Virus record (IMG/VR): IMGVR_UViG_3300034062_004313
Location: 1-64,000 of that record
DNA: 64,000 bases
Strand: one strand, 5' to 3'
Source of the DNA: a virus
Each line of letters starts with the position of its first letter. Within the stretch, counting starts at the first letter, position 1. The notes beneath the pieces were generated by a model. That model did not search any database. It was not told the DNA's origin and was given only the letters and a program-made list of their open reading frames with translations. Of this stretch, positions 18,259 to 28,708 are shown piece by piece. The position numbers and the translations under genes were made by a program.

Positions 18259-19359
18259 TCATGATTCAATTAATTCAAAGTTTGGTATTGTAATTTTTCC
18301 TTGATTTCTAAAATTCTCTACACTCATATCCCAAAGATTATTTTCTGTAGAAAACTGTAATTCTTCTATTAATTGTAGTATCCCTTTATATCTTTTATTC
18401 CCAACTTTAAAACCAGTCCAACCACCATGAAGATTATCTTCTGTAACCTTATATAACAGGGGTTGCATGTAGTTGTTATAATCAGATACAATAAAGTTAA
18501 ATTCAGGAACCACTTCATAATCTTTATATTTTGGATGGTCATTGAAATGTTGCACTGCTCCGAAAAAATATAAACTGCTTTGCAAATAATATCCATCATC
18601 CAAATAATTCCATTGGAAATTATCTATAAAGGATGACACTTTATAATCATCCAAGTATATCTTTTTAACACTATCATCTATTCTACCTTGGTCTAATTCC
18701 ATTTTCATAGGTAAACCATATACATCAAAAAGAATTGGATACTTCACAATTTTATTTTGCCATAACACTTCATTTCTTGTACCTACACTACTCTTTAAAG
18801 CTTGTACTATAGAGTCACTTTTCTGTTCTTCTTCTAATGTAATAATGGTTTTTCCAATAGAGTTTAACTTTTCTTTAAAGTATTCTTCTCCTTCTACTTC
18901 AAAACGTGTGTAAAATGTATCTTCCTTACTTTTTACAGAACCACCATTAGATTCACATAATGCTTTATATGCTTCTGAAAAACGGCTGGAGAAATCACTT
19001 GTACAAACACCATCTTCCATATCTCTAACTGTATAATCAAAAAGAAAATTAGTAAGTGTGAGCATTTGTCCACTTGGAACGGATGCTTCTGTACGTACAA
19101 AGAGATTATGAAAATTTGCAGGGTCAGTTAACTGAATATCAATAAGATTACCCATACGTATATATGGGCTTGCTGCTTTAGCTCTTTCATCTTTTTCAAT
19201 TGCATCTACATCCTTGAGTACTTTTAATTTGTAATACTCTTTTTTATCTTTACCAAACTTCTTCAAATCGCTATAAGAAAGTCTATCAATTTGCCTATAT
19301 CCTTCTATAGTATTTTCTGCTTGTAATTCCTGTGTTTTTAATCTACTGCTTTTACTCAT
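18259..19359 (-). CDS. PD-(D/E)XK exonuclease (RecE/DUF3799-like)
   Basis: LSYSxLK, GxLID, KxELD...LDDYKVS, YYLQSSLY. Confidence 0.75.
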   Translation of the reverse strand: MSKSSRLKTQELQAENTIEGYRQIDRLSYSDLKKFGKDKKEYYKLKVLKDVDAIEKDERAKAASPYIRMGNLIDIQLTDPANFHNLFVRTEASVPSGQMLTLTNFLFDYTVRDMEDGVCTSDFSSRFSEAYKALCESNGGSVKSKEDTFYTRFEVEGEEYFKEKLNSIGKTIITLEEEQKSDSIVQALKSSVGTRNEVLWQNKIVKYPILFDVYGLPMKMELDQGRIDDSVKKIYLDDYKVSSFIDNFQWNYLDDGYYLQSSLYFFGAVQHFNDHPKYKDYEVVPEFNFIVSDYNNYMQPLLYKVTEDNLHGGWTGFKVGNKRYKGILQLIEELQFSTENNLWDMSVENFRNQGKITIPNFELIES

Positions 19360-19816
19360 TTTTCAAATTTATCATTCCTGTTTTCAAAATCATAATCTAC
19401 ATATTCCAAATTCAAACTCTTAGCTAAATATGTTCCTACATTATCAATTGCTTCTTTAGCTTCTTGTAAAATCTCATCTGTATCAATATTACACTCCACT
19501 CTAACTGTTTCAGTTCTTTCTAAAAAGAATATCACTTCTACATCTCTGTAATACTTCTCTATTTTTAATTCATTATATGGAGCATTAATATCATGTTCTG
19601 CTCCTTGTGGTAAATTGCTCATAATTATTTTTCTTTTAATTGTTCAATAAAATCTGCTAATTCTAAAAATTGTTGGTAATCAAACCAAATTTCTTTTTTA
19701 CATTCATCTAATTCGTCATTAAATACTAATTGTATAATACTGGCTGTAGAATGATTAATAAATTCAAATGTATGTCTTACACTTTTACTATGTACTATAC
19801 TAAAATCTATCATAAT

Positions 19817-20275
19817 TTATTTATTTAATAAGTGTTTATAAACTTTACAAGAAATCCATTTGTTATAAGAATCTATTAATAAAACTCTTTCCATAAATTG
19901 CCAATAAGCTTCAAAGTATGTTAATTCAGCTTTTGATTTACAGAAACAAATTATTTCTCTTTTAAAATACTCTTTTCCATAAGTTTTAATATCTTCCAAA
20001 AGTTCTTTCGAACTGCCAAAATATTGAAGCCATCCAGAATCTTTAGTACTTCTTACAACTCTTTGTCTTGTTTTTGTCTCTTTAATTACTTTTTTACTAA
20101 CTTTTTTCTTTGTAGCATGAGTAAATGCTTTTTTTCCTATATAACACTTTCCCCAAAGTTCTTTAGGAATACTCTTATGCTTTATTACAGATATTTTGTA
20201 AATATAACCATAATAACCGATAGGAACATCGTAAAGACATTTTCCACTTAAATCTAACCAACAATTACTCTCCAT
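19817..20275 (-). CDS. GIY-YIG endonuclease (Seg-like)
   Basis: YYGYIYKI...CYIGKK...YFGSS...FKREII...E...YN. Confidence 0.8.
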   Translation of the reverse strand: MESNCWLDLSGKCLYDVPIGYYGYIYKISVIKHKSIPKELWGKCYIGKKAFTHATKKKVSKKVIKETKTRQRVVRSTKDSGWLQYFGSSKELLEDIKTYGKEYFKREIICFCKSKAELTYFEAYWQFMERVLLIDSYNKWISCKVYKHLLNK

Positions 20276-20307
20276 ATATTAATACTATTTCTTTATTTTG
20301 TTAATAT

Positions 20308-22410
20308 TTAGTTAAATAAACTAATCTGATTTGGGTCTTTAAACACTTGTTTAACAGACTTTTTTTGTTTTTTAATCTTAGTTATAATTTCCATCACTTT
20401 ATCAATATACCATTGTCTATACACTTTTGATAAATGTTCTTCATGAGATTCTGGAAGGAGTTTGTTACATACCAATTTCTTAAATTCAGCAGGTTGAACT
20501 TCCATATCATTAGCATTTGTTAAAGTTTTATCTTTAACATTCTTCTTAATAATCACTCCATCCTTAGAAACATAATATCTAATCAACTTAGGAAGTTTAG
20601 ATTCTGTACTTTTTCCATCTTTATATGTATATCCAATATGAGTATAAGTACTTCCAGAATTGCTTCTTGCACAAAAATCAAAAATATCCTTGTGATTATT
20701 TATAAAATCATCAACTTCTACATCTTCATTATAATACTTTTGAAGACACAAGGGTACAATAGAGAATGAAGTATTTTTATTTAACTCTTTGTAATATTCA
20801 AAATCCCCCTTCACTTTTAAATCATCATCCTTCCTCTTTGACTTATGTGGTATAAATACTCCATTTGCATATTCACCTATCTTCTTTGCAATATAATCAT
20901 TGACAGAAGTTTGAGCTATCCATGCAAAAACAGTATATTCAAAGTTACCAAGTTCTACATTATCAATTTGTTTTTCTATATCCTTTAGAATTTTAAAGAA
21001 TTCATCCCTTCTATTCTTTTTTACAATAGCATCAAAGCCATCAGTATTAGCACTCACTATTCTAAATCCTTTTTCTAAAAGAATTTCTATAATCATAAGA
21101 ATCTCTAATTGACATCCTACAGTAACTTGCATCATAGCACAAGGGTCTTCTTGCCAATCTCCCTTAGTATTCAATCTACCATAAGCACCACCATTAAGAC
21201 TTAGTTTACCCATCTCTTGTAGAGAATTATACTTAGGTTCTTTAGTATCTTTATAAAGTTGTTTGAATGATAACCTTCTTTGAATCTTACCAACAAGCAT
21301 ACGGTTCCATTCTTTACCTAAATGCCTTGGATATACACCAAACTTTCTCATAGCATTTGGATATTGAGAACCTACATCACACTGAATATATTCTTCATCA
21401 TCTAATGGTTCTATATATCTTGGAAGCTCATTACTATGAATACCACCCTTAGCTATAGTTACAGATAATTCATTATTAAACTTATGTAAAAATTCTTGTT
21501 TTTTCTCACCATCCTTTTTAGGAAGTATAGTAGTCTCTCCAATTTTATTTACAAATTCTTTAACTGTTTTTGTAGTAAATTTAGCTGTTTTAGGAAAGAA
21601 TGTTTTATATTTCTTACCATAGAATGTATTTCTTTTCTTTGGTTTTAAATCCTTTTCATCTCTTCCAGACATTTCCATGTAATCCTTCTTATTCCACTCT
21701 GCACCTATTTTAACATCATCCCAATTTAAACAATTCAGCCCCACTTCTTCTTTTATAATAAATCTATCTTTAATTTTATCTTTTCCTTCATATTGTGGAT
21801 GGTCTGTTTCACCAATTGTATAAAGGAAGTGAGTATAAGTATTATCTATATCATTATGACAATAGAATATTAACTTATCCACTTGCTCTGGAGTAAAATC
21901 AATTTGATTTACATCAATATCAAAGTTTTCAATAATTGGAGACCTAACTTCAAATTCTAATTGCTTTAGACTTACTCTCTTATTCTCATTGAAGAAATGC
22001 CAAATTCTTGGTAAATCTAATACTTGCAATGTAAAATGCTCTTCTTTATAAGAAGAAAATATATTGTAATTCTGTCTTTCAATACAATCTGAACCAAATT
22101 CTGATATCTTTGTAGATATTTCTAAATTAGTTAGAGTTGAAAAATTATCAATATTACTAAGTATATATTCTATTATTTGCTGGTCAAAGTTTATTCCATT
22201 ATACCAAACAAAATAGTAATAATCCTTTCTATCATTTAAAAACTTACAAAGACTATATAAATCATTCTGATATTGATTAATTAAGAAATCATACCACTTC
22301 TTTTCTGAAATATCAAAAAAAGATGCTAAAAAACAACCCTTTGGAGTTTCAAGGTCAGAAATGATAGAATGTGTCTTATAATTTATTTGTTTGTTTTGTA
22401 ATGTGTCCAT
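20308..22410 (-). CDS. polB: Family B DNA polymerase with N-terminal 3'-5' exonuclease
   Basis: Exonuclease DLET, YNGINFD, YCHND; polymerase DVGSQYPN, KLSLNGGAYG, SANTDG. Confidence 0.93.
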   Translation of the reverse strand: MDTLQNKQINYKTHSIISDLETPKGCFLASFFDISEKKWYDFLINQYQNDLYSLCKFLNDRKDYYYFVWYNGINFDQQIIEYILSNIDNFSTLTNLEISTKISEFGSDCIERQNYNIFSSYKEEHFTLQVLDLPRIWHFFNENKRVSLKQLEFEVRSPIIENFDIDVNQIDFTPEQVDKLIFYCHNDIDNTYTHFLYTIGETDHPQYEGKDKIKDRFIIKEEVGLNCLNWDDVKIGAEWNKKDYMEMSGRDEKDLKPKKRNTFYGKKYKTFFPKTAKFTTKTVKEFVNKIGETTILPKKDGEKKQEFLHKFNNELSVTIAKGGIHSNELPRYIEPLDDEEYIQCDVGSQYPNAMRKFGVYPRHLGKEWNRMLVGKIQRRLSFKQLYKDTKEPKYNSLQEMGKLSLNGGAYGRLNTKGDWQEDPCAMMQVTVGCQLEILMIIEILLEKGFRIVSANTDGFDAIVKKNRRDEFFKILKDIEKQIDNVELGNFEYTVFAWIAQTSVNDYIAKKIGEYANGVFIPHKSKRKDDDLKVKGDFEYYKELNKNTSFSIVPLCLQKYYNEDVEVDDFINNHKDIFDFCARSNSGSTYTHIGYTYKDGKSTESKLPKLIRYYVSKDGVIIKKNVKDKTLTNANDMEVQPAEFKKLVCNKLLPESHEEHLSKVYRQWYIDKVMEIITKIKKQKKSVKQVFKDPNQISLFN

Positions 22411-22970
22411 AATATTGCTTGAGCTTCATTTCCTAATAACTTATTTTTCTTAGCAAATTTAAGAGTTTCCACTCTTAAAAATTCATATTGTTTCTCTGTA
22501 ACTGTTTTAAGTTTTGTTAAACCTGTACAAATTGAAATATGATGTGTATCTATTGTAACATATGTATTATCATATGGATTTAAAATATTGTTAAAGAAAC
22601 TAATTATTTTTGGTCCACCTAACATCCTTTCTATAAAACCTTTCCTATCTTTATAAAGATGAGTAAAATTATATATCATTGTAGCTTTTCCAGACATCAT
22701 TTTAGTATGTCTAATATAATCACATCTACTATCTAAAGCTTCTTTTACTAATTCTAAATTATGTTCCCAACTCTTTTGAGGTGACAATGCTGCTAACATT
22801 CCTACTACTATTTCTAATGGGATATTATGAATATCAGCTAAGTCCTGACAAATGTTGTGTGCTTCCCAATACCACTTTATACCTTCTATGTAAGTAGAAA
22901 GAGACACTCCAAGGAGCATCTCTTCCAAATTCTCTTGTACTACATCACTATTATAATTAAATTTAATCAT
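22383..22970 (-). CDS. DUF7178-like protein, possible HhH DNA glycosylase fold
   Basis: WY...AALSPQKSW..N...GPKxxxF..NI...VTIDTH...QAILW. Confidence 0.55.
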   Translation of the reverse strand: MIKFNYNSDVVQENLEEMLLGVSLSTYIEGIKWYWEAHNICQDLADIHNIPLEIVVGMLAALSPQKSWEHNLELVKEALDSRCDYIRHTKMMSGKATMIYNFTHLYKDRKGFIERMLGGPKIISFFNNILNPYDNTYVTIDTHHISICTGLTKLKTVTEKQYEFLRVETLKFAKKNKLLGNEAQAILWTHYKTNK

Positions 22971-24742
22971 CTACATCTCTTATTAATTTGTTAAAATAAT
23001 TTTCTGATTCCAATAAATAATTTTCAATAATTTTCAACCTCTTTTTAGTTAGAGGTTTTAATAGTTCTATACTACAAACTATATAGTTATCTTCCATTTG
23101 CCTTTCTTTTACCCAATATTCCCAACCAGAAATGTCACACCAAAAATATATTTTAGCAAAACTCCATTCTTTCTTTCTATTATCAATAGAATCTTCTACT
23201 TTATTGTATCCTTTTTCAGATAATCCACTTCCCCATGACATAATAAAATTATCAATATCATAGATATTATCACAATCTGAACATAGGTTTATATCAAATC
23301 CGCTTATTTCAAATTTCATCACATCCATCCTTCTTTAAGTTTTACAATCTTATTTCCTTTATTTTCCCATTTTTCAAACCATTCTCCCCATTCTCCTCTT
23401 TTACTCCTTATTACTATACAATAAGCACATTCTCCTTTTAAGAGTTCATTTTTCAATTCTTCTTTTAAAAGACGATAATTCTTTTTCCTAATTGTATTTT
23501 TAGAAAATGGTTCTCCCCAATCACTATAAGAATAGCTTGTAAATTGTGGTTTAAATCTACTCATATCACTTCTATTATTTTTGATTTATATTTATCAAAG
23601 TATTCTACTATTACAAATTGAACAATATTATAAAATTTTTTCAAGCGTAATGAATTATTTCTTTTATCTTCTAAATAATTTTTAAGTTGCTCTATTGATT
23701 CAAATAAATGTTCACCTTTTCTGCTACCATTCTTTTTTAATGTTCCGTTATCATAATAATATAATCTTATATCTCTCATTCTAAATGATTTATAACTAAA
23801 CAAAATTCATAATCTGCTCTTTCAAAACTTCCATCTACATAATCTGATTCTATAGGAAGACTATAACCATCTTCTGTTTCATGATTATCAAATTTTTCTA
23901 TAGCTTCATCTAAAGAATCTGCATATACTTCAATAGTACTATACACTTCCCAAGTAACAGGTATTTTAAATGGTTTCATTTTATTGTTTTATAAATTGTT
24001 TAACAGCATAATCTGGTAATTCATTTCCCCAAGTATGCTCAAATAAATCTTTTGCTAATATCTTTAAACAAAAGTATAATATAACATGTTTAGCTTCTTC
24101 TTCTAAAGAACATGTGAGTACTTTACCAGTATCTTTTTCAAACTTATAATTATCTACTTCTTTCTCAACTACAAATTCATTTCCATTAATCTTAAACTTA
24201 ACAATAATTTTATAATTAAAAGCCATAAAATTTTTAATTAAAAATATTTCACCCTTAACTATGTTATTATCCACTTTAACTTTTGCAATAATATTGTCTA
24301 ATGCTTTTTCTTGAAACTCATTCAGTAATCTTATACTATCATCAGTAGGAGCTTTTTGTTCTTTAACTTCTATTTTATCTGGATAGTGTATATGTGTACT
24401 ATCATCTATATCAAAATAATTCATGATTAATATTAAAATGTTTATCAAATTCTTTAATTATACTCCTAACTAATATATTAGAAGCATCTTCATCAAATAA
24501 TAATGAATGTTCTATTTCTTCTAACTTATCTCTAAAATAGAGAATATCTTCTATTTCGTAATATACGTCCATAATATGTTTTAATGAAATTCCCAATAAA
24601 GCTCTTCTAATATTTCTTCCTGTTCTTTATTTAAAACTCCCTGAAAACTATCTTGTAGTGCTAAAACTATTTCCAATTCAGGTAATTTTAAACTTTCTGC
24701 AATTCTTATTATGCAGTCTTCTAATTGTATTTGTCTCATAAT

Positions 24743-24771
24743 AAAAACACTCCCTATATTTCAAGGGAGTG
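24743..24771 (-). terminator. Intrinsic terminator downstream of rIIB
   Basis: CACTCCCT/AGGGAGTG stem followed by T5. Confidence 0.7.
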
Positions 24772-24781
24772 CTGTTTTAAG

Positions 24782-26155
24782 TTAATTAATTGTTATAATA
24801 CGATTCTGCAATATGGTAATTATATTCTGAACATCCTTCAAAGAAGTTTCAGGAACTTCATCTTCAATACTAAATGTATCCAATGATTTATTCTTCCATG
24901 CTTCTTTAAGTTCTTCTATACCCATATCAGAATATACCCTATCAGCTTCTTCTAATAGCTTCTCATCTATATGTACACCTTGTTCATTTGGATTGATACA
25001 TGCAATATACATTTCAGAAACACGAAATTTTTGTTTTTCATAAGTTGGTGTTACCATTATGCATTTTGCAGGGTTTACCAAAGTTACAACAGGCGTATCA
25101 CCATAACTACTGTAATCGTAGTGTACCGAGCAGTTGTGAATGCCTCCAGAATGACAGTTATCAGCATTTAAGTCAACTTCATCGCTATTAATCTTATACA
25201 AACTTGGAATTGGAAATACATATTTACCCTTATCGTGCCATGAAGTATATAATTGCACTACTTCTTTTTCACAACCTTGAGCTTTTAAATCAGCAAGATT
25301 TCCTACATAATTATTGTAACCATGATTTTGTTTATTTACATGAACTAAAACAAAAGGGTTATCATTATAAACATTATAATCACTTGCTTTCTTCTTCCAC
25401 TTCTTTACAATCTTATAGTATTCTTCATTAACAAAATCTTGTAGTTCTACATTAAACACTTCTTCAACTTCATCTTTCCATGATACCACTCTACGATAAG
25501 CAATAATATTACCCATTGGAGAAATACGAATATCATTATTTATACAATAACGTAATACATCATCTCTATCTTGAATAGGATTATTTGCTAACCAGCACCA
25601 GAAATATATTAAACGATTATAGTAATCATCAAGTTTATCATACTGTTCTTTTAATGATTCATCACATAATATACGTTCTTCCCTATTAGAAATAATTTCA
25701 GCTAATACAACATCTGGAATAGGTACATGAATACCATTTAGTTCTACTCTATTACCAAGTATTACAAAATCTGGATTATTCCTTAAAACATAGAAGTCAT
25801 CTTTAGTAATTTTTGGTAAATCCTTATCTTTAACTTCTTCTTTATAATTGAAAGAATTAAAAAAGTCTTTAACTTCTCTCTTTGTCTTTAACATCTTAAC
25901 ATTATCATAGAATGTATCTGGTACATCTGTAGCTGTTAAAATTGGATTTTCTTCATCATATAACACTACAATAACAGTTTTATCCACTTGCCTTATTGCA
26001 CTATAAGGTTTTTGTTCTAATTTATTTATATCTCCTATAAATGCTGAATTAGTACTATTCCCATTATTCATTTTATTTTCTAAATTCTTTAATTTAGAAA
26101 GTATCTCTTTTCTTTCTTCTCTACCGAAGTCAAATAATTTTTTAAAAAAGTTCAT
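24782..26155 (-). CDS. rIIB: rIIB-like protein
   Basis: FWxWLxxNP...ISPMGNIIAYR...CHSGGIH...VNP...KFRV; downstream of rIIA. Confidence 0.75.
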   Translation of the reverse strand: MNFFKKLFDFGREERKEILSKLKNLENKMNNGNSTNSAFIGDINKLEQKPYSAIRQVDKTVIVVLYDEENPILTATDVPDTFYDNVKMLKTKREVKDFFNSFNYKEEVKDKDLPKITKDDFYVLRNNPDFVILGNRVELNGIHVPIPDVVLAEIISNREERILCDESLKEQYDKLDDYYNRLIYFWCWLANNPIQDRDDVLRYCINNDIRISPMGNIIAYRRVVSWKDEVEEVFNVELQDFVNEEYYKIVKKWKKKASDYNVYNDNPFVLVHVNKQNHGYNNYVGNLADLKAQGCEKEVVQLYTSWHDKGKYVFPIPSLYKINSDEVDLNADNCHSGGIHNCSVHYDYSSYGDTPVVTLVNPAKCIMVTPTYEKQKFRVSEMYIACINPNEQGVHIDEKLLEEADRVYSDMGIEELKEAWKNKSLDTFSIEDEVPETSLKDVQNIITILQNRIITIN

Positions 26156-26395
26156 AGCTTGTTTTTTAATTATTAAAATTTTCTTTTACAAAATCAATTA
26201 CTTGTTCTTCTGTATAACCTTCTGGAATATCTTCTGTATTATCTACATAAACATTAAATCCTTCCCATCCAGTATTTTCATCCCATTGTTCATGTATTGT
26301 ACAATATATCTCTACTTCCTTATCTGTATCTTCAAAAAATACTACAGTTGCATCTGTAAATTTTGTTGTTGCGTATAATTCTCCTTTTACGTATT

Positions 26396-28705
26396 TCATA
26401 CCATTTCTAAGATTTCTTCAGGAATAAGTTCTCCTTCATTAATAAATGTTTCCTCTAAGGGTGCTTTCACACAAATTTCAAACTGTTCAAAATCATTCTT
26501 ATAAAGCTTATTAAAAAGAATATATTGAGCTACATGCTTTGCAAAAACTTTCTTTCCTTCTTCATCATTTGTATATCTACTCGGAATTCTTAAAAATTGT
26601 AGAAATTCAAACTCCTTAGTAAGCTTTTCCATCTCTTTAATATCTGACATTATACTCATATCCCAAAGATTATTCTCTTCACATATTTTTAACATGTCAT
26701 TAACTGTATATTCAGCTACACTACCACTCACATCATAAATATATGTTTGAATCCTTTCAATAACATCTTTCTTATTCTGTCTTAGAGTTTCTATAATAGC
26801 AGAGAATTCTGCACTATCCAATATTGTTGAATATTGTTTCTTTACCTTTTCAGCTTTTAATTTTGTAGCTAATTTTTTGAATTTGTTTGTTTCCATGAAT
26901 TCTTTTTCGTTTTTATAATTTTGAAGATGCTTAACATATTTCTGTTCTCTGCTATTAATTAATACTACACTAACATTATTATATTTTTTAACTTTTAGAT
27001 TATCAAATATACTATCCCAATATAAAGCCCTTTCCTTATCTTCTGGAGCAAAATATAATACTAAACGATGTTCTTTACCAAGTTTTGAAATATCCTTAGT
27101 TCCTTTATCAAACATTCTACCACCATATTCTTTATTTCGTGTAGTGTAATATGTAATCTCTCCTTGTTGTTTATTTAACAACTTTCCTTCAGATTTATAT
27201 CTAACCTTTCTTGCTTCCAGCCATTCTTTAGGAATTTCAAAATTTCTGTAGTCTATACACTTAGCTACATATTCTTTCTCCAATCTTTGAGCATCTTCTA
27301 TTAATGCTCCCCAATCTTCTTTAGGAATATCTTCTAAATCTAAAATGTGATACCAAGTGTATTTATGTGCTTCATTGGTATTTTTAATTTCTCCTTTATG
27401 GTCTTTCATCCATAATACAACAGGGGTGTCATCAAATTTAAATATATAAGAAGAGTAAGCATGTTTCTCTTTTAAATAATCCACAAGTTTTCCAGTGGGT
27501 AACCTATCTACTAAAATATTAGTATTTAAGTTACTTATTCTTCCATACACGCTTTTAGTAGAAAACTTACTACCATATTTTATAGTTGCTATACAATCAT
27601 ACCTATCTGTAATACTGCTGCAACAATCTGATAAATGCTTTAAATACTTACTATTATATCCTTCCACTGTAACATTTAAGAAAGGTATATCAGATTTTAC
27701 ATCACTCACATCAATATCTTGACCATTTAGACTAATATACTTATATCTGCTATCAATAGTAGGCTTTGCTTCTATGAATGATTTGAATTGCTTTTTATTC
27801 TTATTATATTCTGTAATACACCAATCTTGAATCTTTTGAATACGGTCTTTTAACAATATTTTAGTTTCTGTAGGATATTCTAATGATTCTCTACTTAATA
27901 CAGGTATAACTCCATCTGTTAATGAAATATTAATTGCAAAGGGTAGATATATATCATCAATTTCAAGTGCATTAAAATCCAATGGATAATATACACCACC
28001 AAAATTTATATGAAGCTTTTTATCTGAACATATAGAAGAATAAGAAAATAATTCATTTTGATAAATTTTATATGTATTATCAAATTTACTATATTCATCA
28101 TCAATAAAAACATTTGCAAAATATACCAATTGAGTCCTCATCTTCCTTGAAAACTCACTCCTATCTTCCCAATTTACATCTAATATCATTTTAACTCCAT
28201 TGGGTTCTGTGGTAGGGATTTCATATAGACACTCTATAATATTTTCAGGTTCTGCTTTACGCATGATATAAAGACCTTCTACACCATCTTTCCTACAACG
28301 AAATTGAAAGAATGGTTGATATGACGTACCAGATTTGAATCCAATGCCTTTGCATCCTAGCAATTCATCTGAAGTTTCCTTAGTTGATTTTAGATATTGA
28401 GATATTACATTATCAACTTCCCATTTACTTAAACCAAGTCCTGTATCTTCCACTGTAAACTGCCATTGATTATTATTTTGTTTCAAACATACTAAAACAG
28501 GGCTACCATTTTTAGATTCAACGGAACTATCCACTCCATTTGAAGTCCATTCTCTAATAATAGAACCCGGCTTATCAGAATAAATGTTAGAACTAAGAAA
28601 ACGCATAAGCTTTGTTGTATCATTAGCACTTATTCCCATCTTTGTAACCTGTCCTACATCACCATCTGTCTTATATTGTGTTATGTGTTGCTCTTTTGTT
28701 ATCAT
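26396..28705 (-). CDS. rIIA: rIIA-like protein with N-terminal GHKL ATPase
   Basis: IYSDK..SIIREWTSNGVDS, VEDTGLG, STK...LGCKGIGFKS, PNG; 769 aa. Confidence 0.8.
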   Translation of the reverse strand: MITKEQHITQYKTDGDVGQVTKMGISANDTTKLMRFLSSNIYSDKPGSIIREWTSNGVDSSVESKNGSPVLVCLKQNNNQWQFTVEDTGLGLSKWEVDNVISQYLKSTKETSDELLGCKGIGFKSGTSYQPFFQFRCRKDGVEGLYIMRKAEPENIIECLYEIPTTEPNGVKMILDVNWEDRSEFSRKMRTQLVYFANVFIDDEYSKFDNTYKIYQNELFSYSSICSDKKLHINFGGVYYPLDFNALEIDDIYLPFAINISLTDGVIPVLSRESLEYPTETKILLKDRIQKIQDWCITEYNKNKKQFKSFIEAKPTIDSRYKYISLNGQDIDVSDVKSDIPFLNVTVEGYNSKYLKHLSDCCSSITDRYDCIATIKYGSKFSTKSVYGRISNLNTNILVDRLPTGKLVDYLKEKHAYSSYIFKFDDTPVVLWMKDHKGEIKNTNEAHKYTWYHILDLEDIPKEDWGALIEDAQRLEKEYVAKCIDYRNFEIPKEWLEARKVRYKSEGKLLNKQQGEITYYTTRNKEYGGRMFDKGTKDISKLGKEHRLVLYFAPEDKERALYWDSIFDNLKVKKYNNVSVVLINSREQKYVKHLQNYKNEKEFMETNKFKKLATKLKAEKVKKQYSTILDSAEFSAIIETLRQNKKDVIERIQTYIYDVSGSVAEYTVNDMLKICEENNLWDMSIMSDIKEMEKLTKEFEFLQFLRIPSRYTNDEEGKKVFAKHVAQYILFNKLYKNDFEQFEICVKAPLEETFINEGELIPEEILEMV

Positions 28706-28708
28706 AAT

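Noticed and set aside
8257-22410. Inteins in RNR or PolB
   Set aside because: Protein lengths are normal and no intein terminal motifs or embedded endonuclease domains were seen
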